NCBI GenBank assembly: GCA_964404925.1
Contig: CAYOLW010000005.1
Location: 5,458 to 69,457 of the forward strand
DNA length: 64,000 bases
From: an uncultured Candidatus Saccharibacteria bacterium
GTDB lineage: Bacteria > Patescibacteriota > Minisyncoccia > Phycocordibacterales > UBA9973
Direction of reading: 5' to 3'
Position 1 is the stretch's first letter, and each line of letters begins with the position of its first letter. Of the stretch, positions 27,477 to 37,151 are shown in pieces. The notes beneath the pieces were generated by a model. The model made no database searches, was not told where the DNA came from, and saw only the letters and a program-made list of their open reading frames with translations. Made by a program: the position numbers and the translations under genes.

Positions 27477-28736
27477 CTAATAATTCTTCTTAAGTGCAGC
27501 TGGTAAATCCTTCAATTTCTTTACTACTGTTGTTAGTCCAGTTTTAGCCATTTCTTCTATGTATATTTTAGGGTCAAAAGATTTGTCTTCAGTATTTTTT
27601 ACCCCCACTCCACCCCATTTACCTTGTAGTACAAGCTTGGCAGTAGTAACTGTTGGTATTGCAGTTGTATAGCCTATAGCATTACCATTGGTTTCCTTGA
27701 AGGCTTTCTGGTGGTCGCAAACGTTGTAGATGTACATGTATTGCTTCTTGCCTTTCTTGGTTCCAGAAACAATGTTTCCGATGTTAGTCTTGCCTTTGTA
27801 TCCAGCATTGAAATCAGCACCTGTTGGGAGTATCTTTTTCAAGAATTTTACTGGCACGACTTTTTTACCATCATAATCAACCTCATCAATACGAGTCATA
27901 CCTACTTCGTAAAGCACACGGAGGTAGGTCAGGTACGCTGGTGAAAATGTCATCCAGAAACGAATCTGCTTGAGTCCAGGAATATGTTTTGGAATAGTTT
28001 CTAATTCTTCATGGTACATGAGGTATGGAGTGAATTTGCCCGCTTCTGGGAAATCAAATTCAAAATACGCTGCATCTTCGTCAATCAGCCTGCCACGTTT
28101 TACCCACTTACCATTTTTCCAATATTCAATAGGAAGTATTAATTCACGTAGATTAATCTCTGGATCAAAATTAGGTGCGAATTTAATTTTCTTGTCCTTG
28201 CTGCCGCCATTACAATCCAAGATATCAATAGTTTCTATTTTATCAAAAAGGTAGTCTCTGGCATAAGCTGAATAAATATTGGATACTCCAGGATCAAAAC
28301 CTGAACCTAAAATACCAAGTAGTCCCTTTTTCTTCCAATCATCGTTTTTTGCTAGTTGGAGTTTGTATGAAAATCCGTACTTTTCCGGATGTTCATAACA
28401 CGCAGTATCAATATAATTAACCCCATATTCATAGCAAGCATCCATTACAACCAAGTTGTCATACGGTGCACCCCAGTTAATAACTAACGTAGGTTCAACC
28501 CGAGACAGCAAACCCATAAAAAATTCTTTATTACCTACATTACCTTCGTGGATATGCAGTTTCACTTTGTTTTTAGACTTTTTCAATATTGAATCTCGAA
28601 CTTTTTCCATTTTAGAGAGTGTCCTCGACACTACATAGATCTCAGAGAAAATTTCTGGCGTCTGTGCCATTTTATGTAGACCAACTGAACCCACATTACC
28701 ACAACCGATTACCAATATTTTGTTAATTGTATTCAT
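27477..28736 (-). CDS. Carboxy(nor)spermidine dehydrogenase (saccharopine dehydrogenase family)
   Basis: GCGNVG, YIDTACYE, GSGFDPG, DILDCNGG, NFDPEINLRE, YHEELE, IRFWMTF; adjacent to nspC. Confidence 0.9.
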   Translation of the reverse strand: MNTINKILVIGCGNVGSVGLHKMAQTPEIFSEIYVVSRTLSKMEKVRDSILKKSKNKVKLHIHEGNVGNKEFFMGLLSRVEPTLVINWGAPYDNLVVMDACYEYGVNYIDTACYEHPEKYGFSYKLQLAKNDDWKKKGLLGILGSGFDPGVSNIYSAYARDYLFDKIETIDILDCNGGSKDKKIKFAPNFDPEINLRELILPIEYWKNGKWVKRGRLIDEDAAYFEFDFPEAGKFTPYLMYHEELETIPKHIPGLKQIRFWMTFSPAYLTYLRVLYEVGMTRIDEVDYDGKKVVPVKFLKKILPTGADFNAGYKGKTNIGNIVSGTKKGKKQYMYIYNVCDHQKAFKETNGNAIGYTTAIPTVTTAKLVLQGKWGGVGVKNTEDKSFDPKIYIEEMAKTGLTTVVKKLKDLPAALKKNY

Positions 28737-28794
28737 TGCTTTTTCCTTTAATTATTATATATTTACAAGGTAAGTTTAACTTCATTTACTTAGC

Positions 28795-30117
28795 ATGTCA
28801 AAGAAAATAATAGTCAACAAATTTGGTGGCGGCATACTCAAAATAGGTCTAATTCCTCATATTGAAAAAAGACTCAAAGAAGAAATGCGAAGTGGGTACA
28901 CACCTGTATGTGTAGTTTCAGCACTGCCTGGAATTACCGACCACCTACTTTATATGTCTCATGGAGGAAATTCAGCAAAAGAAAAGAAACTCCTTGCCGC
29001 ACGTCACCGAGAAACAATCAATGAAATTATTAAAAATCCTGATACAAGGGATGCCTGCTGGAAAGAAGTTACTCGCCTATTGGCTGAAGTTACAAATGAA
29101 ATAGATAAACTCGCCGGCAAAAATATGAGCGCAAAAAACGAGGACAAAGTAGTGGCCTATGGCGAGAAGCTTTCTGCTATACTTTTCACCCACTATGTAC
29201 GGTCTATTGGATATGATGCTTCTCCAATATTAGCCGAAGACATACCCATAGTGACAGATGATAATTTCAAAAATGCTAACATTGAATACAAAACATCAGC
29301 TAAAAACATTTCTAAGAAATTGTCTCAAAGTAATAAAATAATAGTTATACCTGGATTCACTGGCACTACCAAAGAAGGGTATACCACTACACTGGGCCGT
29401 GGCGGTACGGACACCACTGCTTGCTTTATCGGTGCGGCACTTAATGCAGAAAAAATAATATTATGGAAAGATGTGGGTGGTGTAATGTCTGCCGATCCAC
29501 GTATTGTAAAAAATGCCAAGACCGTGCCTTTCATTAATTATCAAGAAGCAGAAGAAGCCGGCAAGATAATCCACGACAAAGCTATTCAGTATGTAAAAAT
29601 CCATAATACGCAGATAGAAATAGCTTCACTAGTAAACCCAAAACAAAAGACCGTAATTGGTAAAGAAATAAAATCGAAAAAGGGCACAAAAATAGTGAGT
29701 TATAAAAAGAATCTAGTTTTCTTTATTGTGACCGATGAAGAGAAAAAAGAAACAGACATGCTGGCCGTGGTAAACCAAGCTTGTTCTAAAAACAACGTAG
29801 ACATACTGCTCATCAGCAACACTCGATACAACCTGCAAATAGTAGCCGATAACCAAAATGGCAAAGCAGCAGAAGTCTTTAATGAGATAAAGAAACGAAT
29901 TCCAAAAGTCACCATGTCTCCAGTATCCATGGTATTCCTAGTTGGTAATTTCGAAATGCAAGACGTGAATGAATTCAATACACTCCTAATTAAACAAAAA
30001 ACAGATATGGAAATCAGTGCCTTCTTCTACAAGAATTGCACCAGACTAGAAGCAGTAATCAAAGACCAAAATATAGAGAAAATCGTTAACGCATTACATA
30101 ATAAATTTATAAAATAA
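28795..30117 (+). CDS. lysC: Aspartate kinase
   Basis: KFGG, VVSA, GEKLSA, TTLGRGGTD, KDVGGVMSADPR; ACT-like C-terminus. Confidence 0.9.
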   Translation: MSKKIIVNKFGGGILKIGLIPHIEKRLKEEMRSGYTPVCVVSALPGITDHLLYMSHGGNSAKEKKLLAARHRETINEIIKNPDTRDACWKEVTRLLAEVTNEIDKLAGKNMSAKNEDKVVAYGEKLSAILFTHYVRSIGYDASPILAEDIPIVTDDNFKNANIEYKTSAKNISKKLSQSNKIIVIPGFTGTTKEGYTTTLGRGGTDTTACFIGAALNAEKIILWKDVGGVMSADPRIVKNAKTVPFINYQEAEEAGKIIHDKAIQYVKIHNTQIEIASLVNPKQKTVIGKEIKSKKGTKIVSYKKNLVFFIVTDEEKKETDMLAVVNQACSKNNVDILLISNTRYNLQIVADNQNGKAAEVFNEIKKRIPKVTMSPVSMVFLVGNFEMQDVNEFNTLLIKQKTDMEISAFFYKNCTRLEAVIKDQNIEKIVNALHNKFIK

Positions 30118-30118
30118 A

Positions 30119-31210
30119 ATGGACAAAAAATTAAAAGTTGGAATATTGGGGGCAACAGGAATGGTTGGGCAGAATTATATTAGACTACTCGAGAATCATC
30201 CTTGGTTTGATGTGGTATATGTAGCTGCATCGGCAAATTCAGCTGGAGTAACTTTCAGCGAGTCAGTGAAAGGTCGCTGGCAAATGCACTCACCTATTCC
30301 AGTAAATGTTGCAGGACTCATTGTAGAAGATGTGGCAAGTGTAGAAAAAGCAAAAGAAGTTTGCGATTTTGTTTTCTCAGCTTTTGAAATGCCAGATAAA
30401 GAACTGATAAAAGAAACAGAAAAGAAATACGCTGAAGCTGGGCTACCTGTAGTATCCAATGCTTCTGCCAACAGATGGACCGAAGATGTGCCCATGCTCA
30501 TCCCTGAGATAAATTCGGATCATGCAGATATAATAGAAACACAAAAGAAAAATCATGGCTGGGACCAAGGATTCATAGCGGTAAAGCCAAACTGTTCACT
30601 CCAGAGTTATCTAACTCCTATCTATGCACTTCTACAAGCAGGATATGAAATAGAAAAAATTATGATCACTACCATGCAGGCAGTTTCAGGTGCTGGCTAC
30701 CCTGGAGTGCCTAGCCTCGACATGATAGATAATATTGTGCCATTTATCGGTGGCGAAGAAGAAAAGACAGAAAAAGAACCCTTAAAGATTTTGGGCAAGA
30801 TTGTAGATGGAAAGTTTTTAAATCGAGAAGGTTTGAAAATCTCTGCTACTTGTACTCGTGTGCCAGTGACTGACGGACACACAGCAACTGTAAACATTTT
30901 ATTTAAAGATAAAAAACCAACCAAGGAACAAATTTTAGAGATCTGGAAAAATTTCAAAAGTTTTCCGCAGGAACTTAATCTTCCTTTTGCCCCAGTACAA
31001 CCAATACACTACACCACAGAAGACAATAGACCTCAACCAAGCAAAGACAGAGATACTGATAAAGGTATGGCCGTTACCGTCGGCCGCCTACGTGAATGCA
31101 ATGTTTTCGACTACAAATTTGTAGCTCTTTCTCACAATACCGTCCGCGGTGCTGCTGGAGGCGGAATACTAAATGCAGAATTATTAGTCAAAAAAGGATA
31201 TATCAAATAA
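30119..31210 (+). CDS. asd: Aspartate-semialdehyde dehydrogenase
   Basis: GATGMVG, KPNCS, QAVSGAG, CTRVPV..GH, HNTVRGAAGG. Confidence 0.95.
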   Translation: MDKKLKVGILGATGMVGQNYIRLLENHPWFDVVYVAASANSAGVTFSESVKGRWQMHSPIPVNVAGLIVEDVASVEKAKEVCDFVFSAFEMPDKELIKETEKKYAEAGLPVVSNASANRWTEDVPMLIPEINSDHADIIETQKKNHGWDQGFIAVKPNCSLQSYLTPIYALLQAGYEIEKIMITTMQAVSGAGYPGVPSLDMIDNIVPFIGGEEEKTEKEPLKILGKIVDGKFLNREGLKISATCTRVPVTDGHTATVNILFKDKKPTKEQILEIWKNFKSFPQELNLPFAPVQPIHYTTEDNRPQPSKDRDTDKGMAVTVGRLRECNVFDYKFVALSHNTVRGAAGGGILNAELLVKKGYIK

Positions 31211-31214
31211 ATTT

Positions 31215-31571
31215 ATGTTTGATTTCAATCAACCGCCAAAAAAAGAAAATCATGCAGTAAAGAAAATTACTGAGGAGGATTTGAATGAATTGCTTAGACC
31301 AATACCACCCCAAATACAACAAAGTGCTTTATTCCAAGCAGCACTTTCGTATTTAGCACACAACGCAGGGAGTTTAAAGGAAATCATGGGATCAATGAGC
31401 GGTATGATAAAAATAGAGGAACTTGCACGAACACTAAAGGAAAGCCCCCTTGATGGTACAACAAAAATGCTCATTGGTTACAACTTAGCAGAACTACAAC
31501 AAAATCCAGTAATGATGGGCCATGTTGACCAGTATCTAACAGCAACAGCAGATTTTTACATACAGGATTAA
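31215..31571 (+). CDS. Hypothetical protein
   Basis: ORF 4 nt after asd. Confidence 0.6.
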   Translation: MFDFNQPPKKENHAVKKITEEDLNELLRPIPPQIQQSALFQAALSYLAHNAGSLKEIMGSMSGMIKIEELARTLKESPLDGTTKMLIGYNLAELQQNPVMMGHVDQYLTATADFYIQD

Positions 31572-31649
31572 TTCGACAAATTAGAATATTGGTCAAATTT
31601 TTTAAATACAAAATTTGCTGAAGCTACAAAGTATTATATAATTCTATCG

Positions 31650-32096
31650 ATGAGAAAACACAGTTTACCATTTATCATAACCTCTAATGTTTTTTTGTTT
31701 TTTCCTATTGTCGCGTCGCTATATGCCCAGGAATGGATATACTCTATATTTAGCTTTTTTCTACTTATAGCCTCTGTGGGGTTTCATTACACTCACTACT
31801 ATAATCAAAAAAGTTTTTCTCTCACCCGTTTTTTGTTTGGAGGTAAAAAATATAAAAATGAAAAGACGTTTCGTCTATTAGATTGGTCCCTTGCTGCAAT
31901 CGGTGCTTTATATGTATTTTATTTCATTTACGTTTCTCCTGCGGTTTATATTTTAAAACTAACTTCAGCCTTACTTTTCTTTGCCTCTTTTGTATTTTTT
32001 TTATTAAACTACAAAGTTGGTAACTACAAAAAATACCACCCATGGTTCCATGTATTTACTCAGACGCTCCTTGGGTTTATCGTATTGTTTCTATAA
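31650..32096 (+). CDS. Hypothetical membrane protein (His-containing, possibly CREST/hemolysin-III-like)
   Basis: About 5 TM helices; SxxxH and HxWFH motifs; TATAAT 7 nt upstream. Confidence 0.6.
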   Translation: MRKHSLPFIITSNVFLFFPIVASLYAQEWIYSIFSFFLLIASVGFHYTHYYNQKSFSLTRFLFGGKKYKNEKTFRLLDWSLAAIGALYVFYFIYVSPAVYILKLTSALLFFASFVFFLLNYKVGNYKKYHPWFHVFTQTLLGFIVLFL

Positions 32097-32117
32097 GTAG
32101 AAATTGATTCTTTTGTA

Positions 32118-33209
32118 TTAGAATCCTTCTTTTTTTAACTGCTCAACGATATCTCTTTCTTTTTTAGAAAGTTTGTTTGGTATTTTAATATGAGTACGAA
32201 TTAGTAGGTCACCACGTCTGCCTTTGTGTGGTACACCCTTGCCCTTAACTCGGAGAATTTCACCCACAGCAAGGCCCTCTGGTATAGTGACCTCAATTTT
32301 ACCGTCCAGTGTATCTATGGTGTGCTTGGTACCGAGTAATGCATCGGTAAGCTTGATGTCCAGATTCATAATTAGATCAACACCCTCTCGATGCAAATGT
32401 GCGTGTGGAGTCACCCGGAGTTTGATATACAAATCTCCAGCTGTTCCATGGGACACTGCTTCACCCGCACCACTCATACGCAGGGTGTCGCCATTATTAA
32501 TACCCTCTGGTATGTTAATAGTTATTTCTTCTTCTGTACGATGCACTCCTTTACCCTTACAATCATGACAAGGTTCTTTTGGTATTTCTCCTCTGCCGGC
32601 ACAGACGTCACACACACGAGTACTTGATATGGTTCCCAGTATAGTACGTTTAGCTTCTTGAATTTTTCCTTTACCGTGACAGTTTTTGCAAGCATCCATT
32701 TTAGTGCCTGGTTTTGCACCCTTACCGCTACATGTTTTACAAGTTCCAGTTTTAGTTAAAAATACTTTTTTGGAAACACCAAAAACTGATTCTGCGAAAG
32801 TTATTTGAATTTCGGTAGAAATATCACGGCCTTTATTTTTCTGCGCCCGACCGCCACCAGCACCGAAGAAATCACTGAAAATATCGTTCAGATCAAAATC
32901 AGCATCCCCGCCAAATCCGCCCTGGAAGCCAGAAAAATCAAAACCCTCAAATCCACCGAATCCGCCACCGCTTTGGCCACCACCAAATCCGCCCATATTC
33001 TGATAATTTGAGCCAAATTGGTCATACTGAGCACGTTTCTGATCATCTGAAAGGGTCTGATATGCCTCATTAACCTCCTTGAACTTCTTCTCATCCCCCT
33101 CCTTTTTGTCAGGGTGATATTTGTGGGCCAACTTATAAAAAGCCTTCTTAATTTCTTCTTTAGAAGAACCTTTATTTACCCCTAATATTTCATAGTAGTC
33201 TTTGGACAT
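32118..33209 (-). CDS. dnaJ: Chaperone DnaJ
   Basis: HPD J-domain, G/F region, four CxxCxGxG repeats. Confidence 0.97.
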   Translation of the reverse strand: MSKDYYEILGVNKGSSKEEIKKAFYKLAHKYHPDKKEGDEKKFKEVNEAYQTLSDDQKRAQYDQFGSNYQNMGGFGGGQSGGGFGGFEGFDFSGFQGGFGGDADFDLNDIFSDFFGAGGGRAQKNKGRDISTEIQITFAESVFGVSKKVFLTKTGTCKTCSGKGAKPGTKMDACKNCHGKGKIQEAKRTILGTISSTRVCDVCAGRGEIPKEPCHDCKGKGVHRTEEEITINIPEGINNGDTLRMSGAGEAVSHGTAGDLYIKLRVTPHAHLHREGVDLIMNLDIKLTDALLGTKHTIDTLDGKIEVTIPEGLAVGEILRVKGKGVPHKGRRGDLLIRTHIKIPNKLSKKERDIVEQLKKEGF

Positions 33210-33269
33210 AATTTATATTTTACTGACACCTCAGAAAAATGCAAGTTTTTCGCGAGCACAGAAAAAACG

Positions 33270-34724
33270 TTAAATCATCGGTTCGGCTTCTTCAGTTTTT
33301 TCTTCAGTTGAGCTATTTGATTTACCAGAAATTGCTTCTTTTTCTTCTTTACTGCGGATGATGGTAGCCTCTTCTTCTTCAATCAGTCTCTGAGCCGCGT
33401 CCTTGGTAATAGCAAATTGATGTCGGGAAGCAGCCTTGATCTCGTCGCGATAGGACGGATGAGTTGGCGGCAATACACGCAGTGTCTCTGCTGAGAATGG
33501 GTCATAGCTTTCGCCATCAATAGTCATTTTGATATAGAATTCACCGACGGCCAGGTTGATCATGTCCTTTACTCCGAACAGCGGATCGAATTCAGATTTA
33601 AGCCTCGTCGCATCTTCACCACCCACACGGAAACTAATTATACTTCCGGTATTACCAAGCACCGCCTGATAAATCTTGGGGTTAATTTGACCCACGTACT
33701 GATGTGCCATTGTTAGGTTCAATCCGTACTTACGCGCCTCTGACAGAATATTCTCAAATGTCTGAGTAACCACGTTTTGAAACTCGTCTACATATATATA
33801 AAAATCTTGTCGCATATGCTCGGGAATATTAGCCCGCTCCATACCCGCCTGTTTAATCTTGGTCAAGAACATTGAGCCAAAGAAAGATGAATTTTCTTCA
33901 CCAATACGGCCTTTGGACAAATTGATTAACACAATTTTCTTTTCATTCATTAGTTGCGCAATGTCAATTTTGTTTTCCTTCTGTCCAAAAATATTACGAA
34001 GCAACGGATCAGAGAGGAATTGACCAAGCTTGTTCACCAACGGAATAATAGCGTCGGTGTCGAACTTCTCGGACCAATCGGCGAATTCGATAGCGAAGAA
34101 TCTCTTCACCATGTCGTCTTGGATATATTCCACCACCTTCTGACGGTAGTTACGGTCGGTCAACATAGAAATCATTCCACGCATGGTAGCGTATGGATAG
34201 TCAAGTAGTGCCAAACAGGTAAAACGAAACACGTGCTCGAGTCTCGGGGTCCAGTTAGAACCGAACTGCTTTTGGAACACCTCAATCAAACCTTGGGTCA
34301 ATTGAAATTTGAAACCAGGGTCAACATTAGAAAGCGGATTGAAAGATGCTGGGAATTCAGAATCCGAAGGGTCCAAGATGCAAACATCATTAATGCGTTC
34401 TTTGGGAATGTAGTCGAGCATCGAGTCTATCACATCACCGTGCGGGTCAATGAGACACAGTCCATGCCCATAAGTTATGTCTTGGCGAAGGAAAAGTTCT
34501 AGGAGTTTAGTCTTACCCACACCGGATTTACCAATGATATACAAGTGGCGACGACGGTCGACTCTTTTGATGCCAAAAATATACTTTTTCTCTTCAAGCG
34601 CAGCCACATAGTTGGTCCGTCCAATAAAAGACACATCCTCAGGGGCCACTTTACCATATGCTGGCAATTCTGGTGGTGGTGGACCGTATTTGATTATCTG
34701 AACTCGATTGGGTTTGGACGTCAT
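33270..34724 (-). CDS. VirD4/TraD/TrwB-like (HerA-FtsK superfamily) ATPase without a TM anchor
   Basis: GKSGVGKT, IDPHGD, YVDEFQN, SEARKY, AHQY. Confidence 0.85.
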   Translation of the reverse strand: MTSKPNRVQIIKYGPPPPELPAYGKVAPEDVSFIGRTNYVAALEEKKYIFGIKRVDRRRHLYIIGKSGVGKTKLLELFLRQDITYGHGLCLIDPHGDVIDSMLDYIPKERINDVCILDPSDSEFPASFNPLSNVDPGFKFQLTQGLIEVFQKQFGSNWTPRLEHVFRFTCLALLDYPYATMRGMISMLTDRNYRQKVVEYIQDDMVKRFFAIEFADWSEKFDTDAIIPLVNKLGQFLSDPLLRNIFGQKENKIDIAQLMNEKKIVLINLSKGRIGEENSSFFGSMFLTKIKQAGMERANIPEHMRQDFYIYVDEFQNVVTQTFENILSEARKYGLNLTMAHQYVGQINPKIYQAVLGNTGSIISFRVGGEDATRLKSEFDPLFGVKDMINLAVGEFYIKMTIDGESYDPFSAETLRVLPPTHPSYRDEIKAASRHQFAITKDAAQRLIEEEEATIIRSKEEKEAISGKSNSSTEEKTEEAEPMI

Positions 34725-34761
34725 ATTTGATATTAGATGTTATAAGTGTATCATAATAAAT

Positions 34762-35457
34762 ATGAAAATTCATAGATTCATAGGCGATTTTGACTTTCGG
34801 AAAAACACCATAAATATTGAGGACCCAGAGATAATCAAACAGCTAAGGAACGTGCTACGCATGGAGCCTGGAGAGACTATTATCCTGTTTGATGGTAAAG
34901 GTATGGAGGCTGAAGTAGTAATAGAATCCATAAACAGTAAAAGCATTTTGGGGAATATAATAAGCAAAAAGGAGGTTTCAGGTGTAAGTAAATCTGTATC
35001 ACTTTATTTAGCGATTTTAAAGAAAGAGAATTTCGAACTAGCGGTACAGAAATCCGTAGAATGCGGAGTGTCCAGAATAATCCCAGTTATAACAGAACGC
35101 ACAGTAAAGACAGGACTCAATATAGAAAGGATTAATAAAATTATTCGCGAAGCAGCAGAACAATGCGGACAAAGTTTGTTACCAGATATTCTGCCCTCTA
35201 TGCCCTTCAACGACGCACTAATACAAGGACGAGAAAGCGAGGACAAAATCCTATTTCATTTAGTACGAGAAGAATACACACCAGCCAAAGATACAAATTC
35301 TATAAGTATTTTTATTGGACCAGAGGGTGGATTTACTGATAAAGAAATTGAACTAGCAAAAAAATCCGACTACACTATAGCTTCTCTCGGTGCACTCACC
35401 CTCCGTGGCGAAACTGCTGCCATCATCGCCACCTACCGAGCCGTTCAAGGTATCTAG
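34762..35457 (+). CDS. rsmE: 16S rRNA m3U1498 methyltransferase
   Basis: NVLRM, EAAEQC, IFIGPEGGF, LRGETA; ATG at 34762. Confidence 0.93.
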   Translation: MKIHRFIGDFDFRKNTINIEDPEIIKQLRNVLRMEPGETIILFDGKGMEAEVVIESINSKSILGNIISKKEVSGVSKSVSLYLAILKKENFELAVQKSVECGVSRIIPVITERTVKTGLNIERINKIIREAAEQCGQSLLPDILPSMPFNDALIQGRESEDKILFHLVREEYTPAKDTNSISIFIGPEGGFTDKEIELAKKSDYTIASLGALTLRGETAAIIATYRAVQGI

Positions 35458-37151
35458 TAAACTTCCTGCTGATAACATTTTTCACAATACACTATCTCGG
35501 GGCGATCTGGGGCGTAGCTGGTTTTCATGCCGGTATTACACTTGGAACAATTGCGGTTGTATAGCCTCCATTTATTGATTCTATTTATTCTTCTTTCATG
35601 ACGACAGTTAGGGCACTCTCTCGGCAACGGTAAAGTAAACCTACGCAGTAACTCCAATTCACCAAAAGCTATCCGGTAAGGCTTGGAACATTTTTTACAA
35701 GAAACGACTTCTTTGGTTATAGTATCTTCTACCTCAGAGATACTATCAGGTAAATCTTCGGGCTTTATCGTGGGTGTATGTTCTCCACTTTTAACTTCAG
35801 AATATATAAAACCACTTTTTGCTATTTCTTCTTTAGACATTGGGAAATACTGTATAGCATAAGACGCATTGTATGCAAAAGGAGATAAATCATAAGGAAA
35901 GAAATCACCATACCGAAAAACCCGGCCCTTGGTGTCTACATAAGGATCTTGATCCATACTAGCGATGATTTCATCTCTTAGTTTAAAATACTCTTCTTTA
36001 GAATATTGCTTGTTTAAAATACAATATTGCTTATTACGCAAACCAACACAACCAAAACAATCTTTGGAATTAACCACATACATTGAATACTCAACATTTC
36101 GAACATTATTCCATACACCAGAACAATATTTGATTTGATAGCCACCCTCTCCGGCAGTTATCGAATCGATACTTTGTTCAAGTCCATTACCCCATTCTCC
36201 AATATCATAATTATCTTTAAACGGGGGCAACGTTATAAATTGGCAATATCTAGAGTCTTCAGACATAACTGTCATATAGCAATCATGCACATTCTTAGAA
36301 GAATACACATATTCACCAGTCGAGTTAACATTCATGCGTCCATAGACTGCACGCTTTGGGAATTTGTTCCAAAAATTAAATATTTCTCCTTGAATAGCTT
36401 GATGGGCAGAATATCTATCAAGGTTCATTTCTTGTATTTTTTTCTTATATTCTTCTTTAGAATAAGGCTGATTAAATATGTGGTAACTTTTGTTTCTCAA
36501 ATTCACACAGCCAAAACAATTTGTACAAGCAACACAATCCTTGGAATACCACACGTCCACTGATTCTGGGCAATTTTCCGAGAAAAAAATATGTGAACCA
36601 TCTCCTCCGATACATTCATAAGCAAATTCTGTCTTATTGATCATCAAACAGTCCATTACCTCCTTGGAGTGGTTAATTACAGTAGAATAGTAAACATTCT
36701 CACAAAAATCAGCATTAAAAAGTAGGTAGCAATTTTTGCATGCACCAGCATGGTTGATGTATTCGCTATTAACTAAAGTCGTATAAGAAACTATTAGGTT
36801 CATCTTTGGTGTATTCAGCATCAAATCTTTAAGTTGGTTAAAGAAATTAATATTGGGATTATAGTCCAGTGCGTATTCCCCACCATCCCATTTATCGCCC
36901 CACCAACACGAACCACAATATATTGATTTATGTACTTCTGGATCAAAGATAGTAACTACGTTTTTACTACACAAACCACAAACGCTTTTATATAAAGTCC
37001 TTTCATTACGAAAAGACATCCTTTTTTGAATTCTGCATTCCGGGCAAAAAGTCGGTGCAGGAACTTTGATTTTCTCGTAGAAAGAAAAATCCTCGGGTTC
37101 AATATTGAAATCCTTTTTACAATTCTGACAATTTTTAGTTTCTTTATTCAT
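35454..37151 (-). CDS. Cys-rich repeat protein with terminal Zn ribbons (CPR-type)
   Basis: CQNC..CPEC, repeated CFGCV.LRNK.Y.I.N..YSKEEY, C-terminal YCEKCY. Confidence 0.8.
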   Translation of the reverse strand: MNKETKNCQNCKKDFNIEPEDFSFYEKIKVPAPTFCPECRIQKRMSFRNERTLYKSVCGLCSKNVVTIFDPEVHKSIYCGSCWWGDKWDGGEYALDYNPNINFFNQLKDLMLNTPKMNLIVSYTTLVNSEYINHAGACKNCYLLFNADFCENVYYSTVINHSKEVMDCLMINKTEFAYECIGGDGSHIFFSENCPESVDVWYSKDCVACTNCFGCVNLRNKSYHIFNQPYSKEEYKKKIQEMNLDRYSAHQAIQGEIFNFWNKFPKRAVYGRMNVNSTGEYVYSSKNVHDCYMTVMSEDSRYCQFITLPPFKDNYDIGEWGNGLEQSIDSITAGEGGYQIKYCSGVWNNVRNVEYSMYVVNSKDCFGCVGLRNKQYCILNKQYSKEEYFKLRDEIIASMDQDPYVDTKGRVFRYGDFFPYDLSPFAYNASYAIQYFPMSKEEIAKSGFIYSEVKSGEHTPTIKPEDLPDSISEVEDTITKEVVSCKKCSKPYRIAFGELELLRRFTLPLPRECPNCRHERRINRINKWRLYNRNCSKCNTGMKTSYAPDRPEIVYCEKCYQQEVY

